From Verrucomicrobiota bacterium (GTDB lineage: Bacteria > Verrucomicrobiota > Kiritimatiellia > RFP12 > UBA1067): DNA of 64,000 bases. The position numbers were made by a program, and so were the translations under genes. Positions 28,168 through 36,614 of the stretch are shown here, piece after piece. The DNA is taken from NCBI GenBank assembly GCA_023269675.1, contig JAHFSX010000008.1, forward strand, positions 85,999-149,998, written 5' to 3'. Below the pieces are notes generated by a model. The model saw only the letters and a program-made list of their open reading frames with translations. It was not told the DNA's origin and made no database searches. Numbering within the stretch: position 1 is the first letter of the stretch; every line of letters starts with the position of its first letter.

Positions 28168-29748
28168 ATGAACCGCGCTTTCGTCATGCCCCTCTTTCTT
28201 GTGGCCCTCACCTCCGCGGCCGCCTCCCTGATCCCCAACGGCTCGCTGGAAAACGCCGCAGCGGGACCATGGCCGGCCGGCTGGCCGCGCCACGCGCACG
28301 CCGCCTATCTGGAGGAGTCCGGCAACCACTTCCTGCGCCAGACCGCGGCGGGTCCTGACACAATGGTGATGCTCTACCAGAGCATCCGGCTGCCGCAGGG
28401 AGCGGAGGCGCTCAAGCTGTCGATGCGCGTGCGCTACGAGGGCGTGAAAGCCGGCCGGGAGAAGTGGCACGACGCGCGGGTGATCATCGATTTCAAGGAC
28501 GCGGCCGGCAACAAGCTGCCCGGCGGGCCCGCGCATCCGAGTTTCAAAGGAACCTCCAAAGGCTGGGAGAAGCGCACGCTCGGCATGGCGGTGCCGCCCG
28601 CCGCGGTGACGCTCGAGATCATGCCCGCGCTCTTCAACGCCTCCGCCGGCACGCTGGACATCGACGACCTGGAGCTGGTGCCGATTCCCGCGGAGGAGGC
28701 GGGCTTCGTGAACTTCAGTCTGAGCGCGCCGATGCCGGTGCCGCAGGCGTGCGCGAGCGCCGAGCTGGTCGTGAAAGGCAACCGCCTCGTGACCCGCTCC
28801 GGCGGCCGCGAAGTGTGGCTGCAGGGCGTGGCCGTCGCCAGCCTCGAGTGGTCGGCGGGCGGCGACCATATCCTCACATCCGTCACGAACGCCCTGACCG
28901 AATGGCGGGCGAACGCGATCCGGCTGGCGCTGAAGTCGGACTTCTGGTTCGGACGCGGTCCCTGGCAGGGCGACGGAGGCCTCAAATACAGGGCGCTGGT
29001 CGACCAGGTTGTCAAACAGGTTCAGGAACAGGGCGCGTGGGTGGTCCTCGACCTGCACGAGTACCGCGCGCCGGAGCAGAAGCACGCCGATTTCTGGCGC
29101 GACGTGTCCACGCGTTACGCCAACCATCCCGGCGTGATCTTCGGGCTGCTCAACGAGCCGCACGACGTGTCGTGGAAGATCTGGCGCGACGGCGGCACGG
29201 TGGATGAGAAGGTCGCGCCCAAGGCGGGCGTGCCGGCCGAGAACGGCGAGGCCCTCCGGCGTTTCGAGTCGGTCGGCATGCAGAAGCTCGTGGATGTGGT
29301 GCGCAAGGCCGGCGCGCGCAATCTGGTCACCGCCAGCGGGCTCGACTGGGGCTACGACCTTTCCGGCGTGCTGGAAGGGTTCGCGCTGACGGAGCGCGGC
29401 GGCAACGGCATCCTTTACGAGTCGCACGTCTACCCGTGGAAGCGCGGCTGGCAGAAGAGCTTCATCGACGCGGCCGCCCGGCACCCGATCCTGATCGGCG
29501 AGGCTGGGTGTCAGCCGGAGCGCATGCCCTTCATCCCGCCCGAGGCGCACGAGCTGCCCGCGACCTGGGCCCCCGACATGCTGGGCTGCATTCAGAAATA
29601 CAGGCTCAACTGGACGGCGTGGTGCTTCCACCCCAGCGCCTCACCGTGCCTGCTGAGCGACTGGAGCTACACGCCGACGCCCTATTGGGGCGTCCCGGCG
29701 AAAGCGGCGCTCGCGGGCAAACCGTTTGAGATGAAGCGCATGCGATAG
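28168..29748 (+). CDS. Glycoside hydrolase family 5 (cellulase/mannanase-type) with N-terminal carbohydrate-binding-like domain
   Basis: ORF 28108..29748; start placed at MNRAFVMPLFLVALTSAAASLI (signal); acid/base motif FGLLNEPHD; nucleophile motif ILIGEAG. Confidence 0.8.
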   Translation: MNRAFVMPLFLVALTSAAASLIPNGSLENAAAGPWPAGWPRHAHAAYLEESGNHFLRQTAAGPDTMVMLYQSIRLPQGAEALKLSMRVRYEGVKAGREKWHDARVIIDFKDAAGNKLPGGPAHPSFKGTSKGWEKRTLGMAVPPAAVTLEIMPALFNASAGTLDIDDLELVPIPAEEAGFVNFSLSAPMPVPQACASAELVVKGNRLVTRSGGREVWLQGVAVASLEWSAGGDHILTSVTNALTEWRANAIRLALKSDFWFGRGPWQGDGGLKYRALVDQVVKQVQEQGAWVVLDLHEYRAPEQKHADFWRDVSTRYANHPGVIFGLLNEPHDVSWKIWRDGGTVDEKVAPKAGVPAENGEALRRFESVGMQKLVDVVRKAGARNLVTASGLDWGYDLSGVLEGFALTERGGNGILYESHVYPWKRGWQKSFIDAAARHPILIGEAGCQPERMPFIPPEAHELPATWAPDMLGCIQKYRLNWTAWCFHPSASPCLLSDWSYTPTPYWGVPAKAALAGKPFEMKRMR

Positions 29749-29769
29749 GGTCAGATCCGGCTCACCGGT

Positions 29770-30750
29770 TCAGATATGCGGCTCGTGGCCATAATTCAGG
29801 CTGCATTGTTTGATCAGGCAGGTCTCGGCCTCGTGCGCTTCCAGCTGGATGGTCGCATGTTCGATCTGGAAACGGCCGTGCAGCTCCTCGCGGATGCGCG
29901 CCAGCAGGGCGTTGTTCAGGTCGGTCTGCGACAGCACCACGTGGGCGGTCATCGCCGCCGCGGACGTGCTGAGCCCCCAGATGTGGACGTGATGCACGTC
30001 CTTCACCCCCGGCAGGCCCTGCAGATAGGCGCGCACCGCATCCGCGTCGATGTTCGTCGGCACCGCGTCCATGGCCAGGCTGACCGAGTCGCGCAGCAGC
30101 GACCACGTCCCGACGAGGATGATCGCGGCGATGGCCAGGCTGACCATCGGGTCAATCACCGTGCGGCCGGTCCAGGCGATCAGCACGCCGGCCACCACCA
30201 CGCCGGCGGAGATGGCGGCGTCCGCCAGCATGTGCAGGAACGCGCTGCGGATGTTCAGGTCCTCCCGGCGTCCCCGCAGGAACAGCAGCGCCGTGGCCGT
30301 GTTGATGACGATGCCGACCGCCGCCACCGCGATCATGGTCCCGGATTGCACCGGCGCGGGCGTCCGGAGACGCCCGATGGCCTCCCAGGAGATCGCCCCG
30401 ATGCTCACCAGCAGAAACAGCGCGTTCAAAAGCGCCGCGAGCACCGACGATTTCCGGAAGCCGAAGGTGAAGCGCTGCGTCGGCTGCCACTGCGACAGAT
30501 AGAGCGCTCCCCAGGCCACGACCAGCCCCATGACGTCGCCCAGGTTGTGGCCGGCGTCCGTCAGCAGCGCAAGCGAGTCCGCATAAAAGCCGAAGACCGC
30601 CTCGACCACGACAAAGGCGACGTTCAGCGCGATGCCGACCGCAAAGGCCCGCCCGAAATCGTGCGGGTGGTGGCAGTGGTCATGTCCGTGGTGGTGATCG
30701 TGATGTGTCATGCGCGCGTGTCCCGTTCCGTAGCCGGTAGTCGCGCCCAT
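29770..30750 (-). CDS. czcD: Cation diffusion facilitator (CDF) family divalent-metal efflux transporter, CzcD/ZitB-like
   Basis: 326 aa; His-rich N-terminus HHDHHHGHDHCHHPHD; TM motifs ..HNLGDVMGL.. and HMLADAAIS; C-terminal cytoplasmic domain. Confidence 0.85.
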   Translation of the reverse strand: MGATTGYGTGHARMTHHDHHHGHDHCHHPHDFGRAFAVGIALNVAFVVVEAVFGFYADSLALLTDAGHNLGDVMGLVVAWGALYLSQWQPTQRFTFGFRKSSVLAALLNALFLLVSIGAISWEAIGRLRTPAPVQSGTMIAVAAVGIVINTATALLFLRGRREDLNIRSAFLHMLADAAISAGVVVAGVLIAWTGRTVIDPMVSLAIAAIILVGTWSLLRDSVSLAMDAVPTNIDADAVRAYLQGLPGVKDVHHVHIWGLSTSAAAMTAHVVLSQTDLNNALLARIREELHGRFQIEHATIQLEAHEAETCLIKQCSLNYGHEPHI

Positions 30751-30866
30751 CGTACCACGCGGGTTCGTCGCCTTTCAAACGAAAAGGCCGGAAGCCCGCA
30801 GTCCCGCAGCCCGGGGCGCATCCGCGATGAGGTGCCTTTGTGTAACACGGCGTCGGCGGCTGCCCG

Positions 30867-31078
30867 GGGCCGGCACAAGCCGGTACAACATGCGGGCAAG
30901 GGCGCTGGCGTCATTTAAGATGGTTCACGGCGCTCTGGGCCGGCACAAGCCGGTACAACATGCGGGCAACGACGCCTGCGTCATTTAAGATGTGTCATGG
31001 TGCTCTGGGCCGGCTAAAGCCGGTACTACATACGGGACTCGGGCATGTTGTACCGGCTTTAGCCGGCCCCGGTCATGG
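30867..31078. repeat. BIME/REP-like cluster: 3 x 70-bp tandem units, each carrying a gccggcNNaagccggtac hairpin; the third unit closes into a 20-bp perfect palindrome
   Basis: Units begin at 30867, 30937 and 31007 (gggccggcacaagccggtacaacatgcgggcaa...); third unit ggccggctaaagccggtaca (31008-31027) pairs with tgtaccggctttagccggcc (31049-31068), 21-nt loop. Confidence 0.65.
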
Positions 31079-31134
31079 AGCGCGAGTCCCCGGCGCCGGT
31101 GGCGTACACCGGTTCGCCGAAGGCGCGCGGCCCG

Positions 31135-31770
31135 CTAGCGTTGGAGACGGAGCCCCGCCATGGCCGAGAGGATGACGCGGGTGGCCGAGCGCAGCAGAAG
31201 AACCACGAGACAAGACGCGACCAGGATATCGGGCCAGCCCGCTCCGGTCAGCCAAACCGCGCCCGCCGCGACAACGACCGACAGGTTGGTGGCGATGTCG
31301 TTGCGCGAGCACTCCCACACCGAGCTCATGTTGACGTCCTCGTGGCGGTGGCGCCACAGCAGAAACAGGCAGAACAGGTTGGCGGCCAGGCTCATCAGGC
31401 TGAACGCGCCCATGACTTCGAAGACCGGCACGGTCGGGGTCATCAGCTTTGAAACGATTTGCGCGGCGACGCCGCAGGCCGCCAGAAAAATGAGCGCGCC
31501 CTTAAACAAAGCGACCCTGGCCTTGGTGGCGGCGCCTCTGGAAACCGCATACAGGCTCAGCCCGTAGGTCAGGGCGTCGCCCAGGTCGTCGAGGCTGTCG
31601 GAGAGCAGCGCCGTGGAGCGGCCGTAAAACGCGGCGGCGACCACCACCAGGAACATCACCGCGTTCACGCCGAGGACGGCCCACAGCGTTCCACGCTGAC
31701 GGCCCTGAAGCTCTGCACACGTATCGTCACAGCAACATCCACTCATCAGGAAGCCTCCCTCTCTTATCAT
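31135..31770 (-). CDS. Short CDF-like cation transporter (membrane domain only) with Cys-rich N-terminus CCCDDTC
   Basis: 211 aa; TM helices with CDF motif LSDSLDDLGDALTYGLSL; start ATG overlaps the stop of the upstream gene as ATGA; alternative start M9 at 31746. Confidence 0.7.
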   Translation of the reverse strand: MIREGGFLMSGCCCDDTCAELQGRQRGTLWAVLGVNAVMFLVVVAAAFYGRSTALLSDSLDDLGDALTYGLSLYAVSRGAATKARVALFKGALIFLAACGVAAQIVSKLMTPTVPVFEVMGAFSLMSLAANLFCLFLLWRHRHEDVNMSSVWECSRNDIATNLSVVVAAGAVWLTGAGWPDILVASCLVVLLLRSATRVILSAMAGLRLQR

Positions 31771-34598
31771 CCTTGCGGTGCCGGCGACGGTACGGTCACG
31801 ATCGCCTCATCATACCCGCCGGTGAACGGCGCGTTGCAGTCGATCCACGCGGCCAGCGCGTGCCAGTCGGCCTCCGGCAACGCGACGCGGTTGTGGCCGG
31901 CCTTGAGCATCTTCATCAGCGGGCTCACGGCCGAACCGGTCGCGTACGGCGCCAGCGGCAGCTTCTCGCCCGCGTAGCCGGTGACCGCGACATACCGCAC
32001 CTGCGGCAGCAGCGCCAGAAACGAATCGCTCACGCAGTGCTGGGGCCCCTCGTCCTTGTCCCCCTTGTGCGGCGCCGCGACAAGCCGCAGGCCGCGCAGG
32101 TCAAAGGCCTTCTTCCCGCCCTTGGAGCCGTCGTGGCACGCGACGCAGTGGCGATCGAGGACCGGCTGCACCACCCGGACAAAGCTCATGGGCCCGGCGC
32201 CGAACGGCGCGGGCCGGATCGTCTCGGGCTTCTTCGCGAAGGCCTGCCGGTTGCCGGAGGGCGCGGCCGCGCCGGGCCGCTCGTGGCACCCCACGCACCC
32301 CTGGGACTCGCCGGGCTTAAGGCCGACGTAGTTGCGCATGCGGCGGACCTCCAGGAGGTCCGCGTCCAGCGCCTCCAGGAACAACATGCGGTCCGGCGGC
32401 ACCTCGAAATAAGCGGAGCCGTCCGCGGCCACCGGCACCACGCCCAGCACGCCGCGCGCGTCCCAGCCGCAGCCCGCGCCGAGGTCCGAACGGTGGGGAT
32501 CGGTGTGGCGCCGCTTCGGATAGCTCTCGCACACGCGCAGCCACTTGACGGTGCCGCGCGGCACCCCCTCGAGCCCGATGTTCACATCCTGCACGTAGAG
32601 CGTGCCGGGCGTGCCGGGCGGCGCTTCGGGCTGCGCCGAGATGACGACCGGCAGCGGGCGCGGCTTCAGAGGAACCGGCGCGTAGCAGGAGCCCTGGTCC
32701 ATGCGGTAAATCAGCTCGCAGTTGCCGTGGCGGTCCAGCAGGTAGATCCCGTAGGCGTCCGCGCTGTCGCGCGCCTCGAGCGAATGGCTCACGAGGAAGA
32801 GCCGGTCGGACAGGGGCCAGGGCGAAGCATACCATCCCCGCGCCGTCACCGGATGGTCCAAAGCGTCCGGCACGTTCTTGTCCGCCCGTTCATCCAGCAG
32901 CGCGTGCATCTCCGGATAGCGGATCTCGGGCGTGATGTTCTGGAAGCCCGACGGCCCCCCGCGGTTCTGATTCAGATCGGCGATGACGACCGGGCCCGCG
33001 CCGGTGTTGTGGTGCGCGGCGCCCACGGCGACGATCTTGCGCGTGCCCGGGATCTGGCGCGCCTCCTGCAGGGCGATGGGGCCGCGCGAAAAGCTGTACC
33101 AGTCGCCGTAGGCCAGCTGCGCGCGGGTGCCGTCGGGATTCACCACCCACGGCATCTGGATCACGTTGTAGGCCTTCATCACGTAGTCCCAGCGGGTATA
33201 GAGGATGCGGCCGTCGTCCAGCATGGCGGGGTAGAACTCGGTGTCCTGCGGCTGGGTGATCGCCCGCACGCCCGAGCCGTCGGCGGCGCAGGTGAAGAGG
33301 CCGAAGACCAGCGCCCAGTCGCCGCACTGCACCAGGCGGTTGTCGCGCGACGAGGTGAAGCAGACGCGGCCGTCCGGCAGCCAGCACGGCTCCGTGTCCT
33401 CCGCGTCCTCCCGCTCCGTGAGGTTGCGCAGACCGCTGCCGTCCGTGTTGACGGTGTAGATGTCGTACATGTGGCAGGCCCCGCCGCGATAGGCGGAACT
33501 GTCGGCCGGGCGGGCCGGGTCATAGGCGGCGTGTCCCGCGGCCCAGCGGTAGGGCGTCGGCGGGTCTCGCGGGCGGGCGAGCGGGAAGACGACGCGCCGT
33601 CCGTCAAACGACAGGTCGGCCCGCCCCACGCCGCAGCGCGCCGCGAGCTCCGGCGGCAGCAGCCCGCGCACGGCGCCGTCCGGGCGCAGCCCCGTCAGGA
33701 CGCAGAGGTCCGCGCCGGGCGTCTGGTGCTCGCCCATGCGGTGGGCGCACTGGTGGCCGCCGCCGGGCCAGCGGCGCTTCACGAAAAGCAGCTCGTCGAA
33801 ATCGAGCGCCGGATCGGCGAAAAGCGCCGCGCGGACGGCCTGCCGGGCCGCGTGGTAGGCGGACAGCCGCCCGTCCGTGGTCTGGCTGAGTCCGGCGGCC
33901 GCCACGTAGGCCGTCAGTTCCGGGTCATCGGGGCCGGCGGGCGCGCGGTCCGCCCAGATCTCGATGGCCGAGACGACGGCGTTGTGGCCCTCGAGGATGG
34001 CGATCCGCACCTGCAGCGTGCCGTTGGTCACCAGCCCCGGCGGCAACTCCCAGACCCCTTCCGCATCCGCATTGGCCCGGACCGCCACCTCGCCCAGGAC
34101 GCGGCCGTTGGCCGTCACCCGCTCGCGGCGGTCGTGGTCCGAAAAGAAGCCGCACCGCAAGCGGAACGCGGCGGCGTCAGGCAGCCGGACGGCCGTGTAG
34201 ACCACCTCGCGCTCATGCCATTTCATGGCACGCCCTTGAAAGGCGTAATCCTTGCCCGGGGCAAAGCCGGCCGCGTCCGGCGCGCACGCCGAGGCGCGCA
34301 GCAGGTAGCGGCCCTCCCGCATCGCCGCCGTCGTCGCGGGCGCGGCCGCGGCCGCGAAATCCCGCTCCGCCCGCGCGAGCTCGCCCAGCAGCGCCTCGGC
34401 CTCGGCCGTCCGGCCGCACTGGCGCAGGTCCCCGGCCAGCAGGCGCCCTTTGCGCAGCGTTTCGGCGAAGGCCGGCGCGCCTCCGGATGCGCGTCCGAAG
34501 GCCGCCTCCTGGCGCGACCAGTCGTGTGTGACCGCATCGGCCCACACGGCCGCGACGCCCCCCGCGACCGCCGCGATCATGCTTGCGAGACGAACCAT
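31767..34598 (-). CDS. PD40/TolB-like beta-propeller protein with C-terminal di-haem c-type cytochrome motifs (hydrazine-synthase-alpha-like architecture)
   Basis: 943 aa; signal MVRLASMIAAVAGGVAAVWADA; PD40-like repeats (YDIYTVNTDGSGLRNLT...DTEPCWLPDGRVCFTSSRDN); two CxxCH haem sites CVGCHE and CVACHD. Confidence 0.75.
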   Translation of the reverse strand: MVRLASMIAAVAGGVAAVWADAVTHDWSRQEAAFGRASGGAPAFAETLRKGRLLAGDLRQCGRTAEAEALLGELARAERDFAAAAAPATTAAMREGRYLLRASACAPDAAGFAPGKDYAFQGRAMKWHEREVVYTAVRLPDAAAFRLRCGFFSDHDRRERVTANGRVLGEVAVRANADAEGVWELPPGLVTNGTLQVRIAILEGHNAVVSAIEIWADRAPAGPDDPELTAYVAAAGLSQTTDGRLSAYHAARQAVRAALFADPALDFDELLFVKRRWPGGGHQCAHRMGEHQTPGADLCVLTGLRPDGAVRGLLPPELAARCGVGRADLSFDGRRVVFPLARPRDPPTPYRWAAGHAAYDPARPADSSAYRGGACHMYDIYTVNTDGSGLRNLTEREDAEDTEPCWLPDGRVCFTSSRDNRLVQCGDWALVFGLFTCAADGSGVRAITQPQDTEFYPAMLDDGRILYTRWDYVMKAYNVIQMPWVVNPDGTRAQLAYGDWYSFSRGPIALQEARQIPGTRKIVAVGAAHHNTGAGPVVIADLNQNRGGPSGFQNITPEIRYPEMHALLDERADKNVPDALDHPVTARGWYASPWPLSDRLFLVSHSLEARDSADAYGIYLLDRHGNCELIYRMDQGSCYAPVPLKPRPLPVVISAQPEAPPGTPGTLYVQDVNIGLEGVPRGTVKWLRVCESYPKRRHTDPHRSDLGAGCGWDARGVLGVVPVAADGSAYFEVPPDRMLFLEALDADLLEVRRMRNYVGLKPGESQGCVGCHERPGAAAPSGNRQAFAKKPETIRPAPFGAGPMSFVRVVQPVLDRHCVACHDGSKGGKKAFDLRGLRLVAAPHKGDKDEGPQHCVSDSFLALLPQVRYVAVTGYAGEKLPLAPYATGSAVSPLMKMLKAGHNRVALPEADWHALAAWIDCNAPFTGGYDEAIVTVPSPAPQG

Positions 34599-34667
34599 AC
34601 GCCCTCCCCCGTTTTTGTGTTCTGATCATACCCTATCCGAGGCCGGTGTCAAGTGCAGGGCCGCGCG

Positions 34668-34933
34668 GGGCGCATCCCCGTTTCATTGACTAACGTGGGC
34701 AAAGCCCGCAACCCAATTGAACCGCAGATGGCCGAATACTGAACCGCAGATTGTCGAAGTTAAGCTTCCTCTACGCAATTGAAGCTCTTTCCTTCATGAT
34801 TCGCCAATCGTCATTCGTCAATCTGCGGTTTGTTCAGGTACAAAACAACGTGGTTTTTATTGTCGGTTTCGAGCCGTAAGGCGCTACCCGCACAGGTTAT
34901 CCCCCGACAAGGCAGTGAAACGGGGATGCGCCC
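34668..34933 (+). mobile_element. MITE-like element, copy 1 (266 bp), with 18-bp hairpin-forming terminal inverted repeats; ~93% identical over ~215 bp to the inverted copy at 61463-61785
   Basis: TIRs GGGCGCATCCCCGTTTCA (34668-34685) and TGAAACGGGGATGCGCCC (34916-34933); internal aaccgcagat x2 direct + atctgcggtt inverted; ~45% GC; sits 191 bp upstream of the MFS transporter ATG; contains spurious ORF MFRYKTTWFLLSVSS. Confidence 0.7.
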
Positions 34934-35123
34934 GGCCGCGCGGACCAAGGCCCGTTCACGCGGCCCCCTGAGGCGCCGGGTCGCCGGCAAAAGGAGGCGC
35001 AGGCGCCGAACGGCAGATTTGGGGGTTTGTAAACCGGAAAAAAAGGTGTATACTGCCGCCCATTAAATGGTTGAGGCCGGATTAAGCCGCCCGACCGTTC
35101 TGACGTGAAAGAGGGAGAGTGTT

Positions 35124-36578
35124 ATGGCAGATGTCGCGGTCAAGCCGTCCACCCGCGTGGTGGCGGCGCATTTCGTGTTCCCGTTCGTGCTCGTCACCAG
35201 CTGCTTCGCCTTGTGGGGCTTCGCGAACGACATCACCAACCCGATGGTCGCGGCGTTCAAGAACATCCTGCTGATCAGCAATTTCCAGAGCTCGCTCGTG
35301 CAGTTCGCCTTCTACGGCGGCTACTGCGTGATGGCGATTCCGGCCGCAATCTTCATCAAGCGCTTCAGCTACCAGGCCGGGCTCATTTTAGGTCTCGCGC
35401 TCTACGCCGCCGGCTGCCTCCTGTTCATCCCCTCGGGCTGGATGATGGCCTTCTGGGCGTTTCTGCTGGCGTACTTCATCATGACCTGCGGGCTCTCCTT
35501 CCTTGAGACCAGCGCCAACCCCTACATCCTCTCGCTGGGCGCGGAGGAGACCTCGACCCGCCGCCTCAATTTCGCCCAGGCCTTCAACCCCATGGGCTCG
35601 CTCACGGGCATGCTCGTGGCGAAGAACTTCATCCTGCAGAAGATCGACCCCATGACCGAGGAGGCGCGCCGGGCCCTGCTGGCGACGGATCCCGCGAAAT
35701 TCAAGGCCATCGCCGACCATGACCTCAGCGTCATCATCCTGCCCTACGCGCTGCTCGGGCTCGTCGTGCTGGTCATGATGGTCGTCTTCTGCATCGCCAA
35801 AATCCCCCGCCACAAGGGCGAGGAGCACGCCTCGCTGGATCTGTTGCCCACCCTCGGCCGGCTCGTCAAGAACCGCCGCTATGTCGCCAGCGTCATCGCC
35901 CAGACCTTCTACGTCGGCGCGCAGATCATGTGCTGGACCTTCATCATCCAGTACGCGGAAAGCACCCTGGGCATGAGCAAGGCCGACGGCCAGTTCTACA
36001 ACATGATCGCCATGACGATCTTCGTCACCAGCCGCTTCATCTGCACCTTCCTGCTGAAGTTCTTCAACCCCGGCGGCCTGCTGCTGTCCCTCGCCACGAT
36101 CGGGCTCCTGCTGCTCGGCTGGACCATCTTCGGCGGCGGCAACCCCGCGGCCGGCGCGGCCCTGCAGGCCCAGATGCAGCAGGCGACCGGCGCCGCCACG
36201 GGCATGGCCTCCGCCTTCGCGGCGCTGGGCGTCTACCTGAAGGCGCCGTTCCTGATCCACGGCATGTCGGGGCTCATGGCGCTGGTCGGCGCGTCGGCCT
36301 GCATGTCGCTGATGTTCCCGACCATTTACGGCATCGCGCTGAAGGGGCTGGGCGAAGACGCCAAGCTCGGCGCGGCGGGCCTGATCATGGCGATCGGCGG
36401 CGGCTGCCTCATGCCCCCCATGCAGGGATGGATCATGGACCAGAGCGCCTTCAACCTCGGCTTCATGACCCTCGCCAGCGTGCGGGTCTCGTTCGTCCTG
36501 CCGCTGATCTGCTTCGCCGTCATCATGGAGTACGGCTGGAAGACCTACCGGACCTACCTGCCCACCGCCCATGCCTGA
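35124..36578 (+). CDS. MFS transporter, L-fucose:H+ symporter (FucP)/glucose-galactose transporter family
   Basis: 484 aa, 12 predicted TM segments; N-terminal FucP-like motifs (ALWGFANDITNPMVAAFKNIL, FAFYGGYCVMAIPAAIFIKRFSYQAG). Confidence 0.85.
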   Translation: MADVAVKPSTRVVAAHFVFPFVLVTSCFALWGFANDITNPMVAAFKNILLISNFQSSLVQFAFYGGYCVMAIPAAIFIKRFSYQAGLILGLALYAAGCLLFIPSGWMMAFWAFLLAYFIMTCGLSFLETSANPYILSLGAEETSTRRLNFAQAFNPMGSLTGMLVAKNFILQKIDPMTEEARRALLATDPAKFKAIADHDLSVIILPYALLGLVVLVMMVVFCIAKIPRHKGEEHASLDLLPTLGRLVKNRRYVASVIAQTFYVGAQIMCWTFIIQYAESTLGMSKADGQFYNMIAMTIFVTSRFICTFLLKFFNPGGLLLSLATIGLLLLGWTIFGGGNPAAGAALQAQMQQATGAATGMASAFAALGVYLKAPFLIHGMSGLMALVGASACMSLMFPTIYGIALKGLGEDAKLGAAGLIMAIGGGCLMPPMQGWIMDQSAFNLGFMTLASVRVSFVLPLICFAVIMEYGWKTYRTYLPTAHA

Positions 36579-36614
36579 GGCCGACCTCTCAAACCCTGAA
36601 CCCCCTCCCCTTTT

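Noticed and set aside
30811-30830. ccggggcgcatccgcgatga resembling the MITE TIR GGGCGCATCCCCGTTTCA (possible solo TIR)
   Set aside because: Only ~13/18 positions match, there is no partner TIR, and it lies in GC-rich sequence where such similarity is expected by chance.
30867-31078. 70-bp tandem repeats considered as a possible CRISPR array
   Set aside because: There are only three units, the units are 70 bp and near-identical across their whole length (no unique spacers), each contains a REP-type hairpin, and no cas genes or leader are present.
34830-35066. ORF MFRYKTTWFLLSVSSRKAL... (34830..35066 +), duplicated as the first ~92 codons of track ORF 60403..61623 (-)
   Set aside because: It lies inside the MITE-like repeat (hence the duplication) and runs into Arg-rich junk. 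The real downstream gene begins at the Tat-signal Met (61347).
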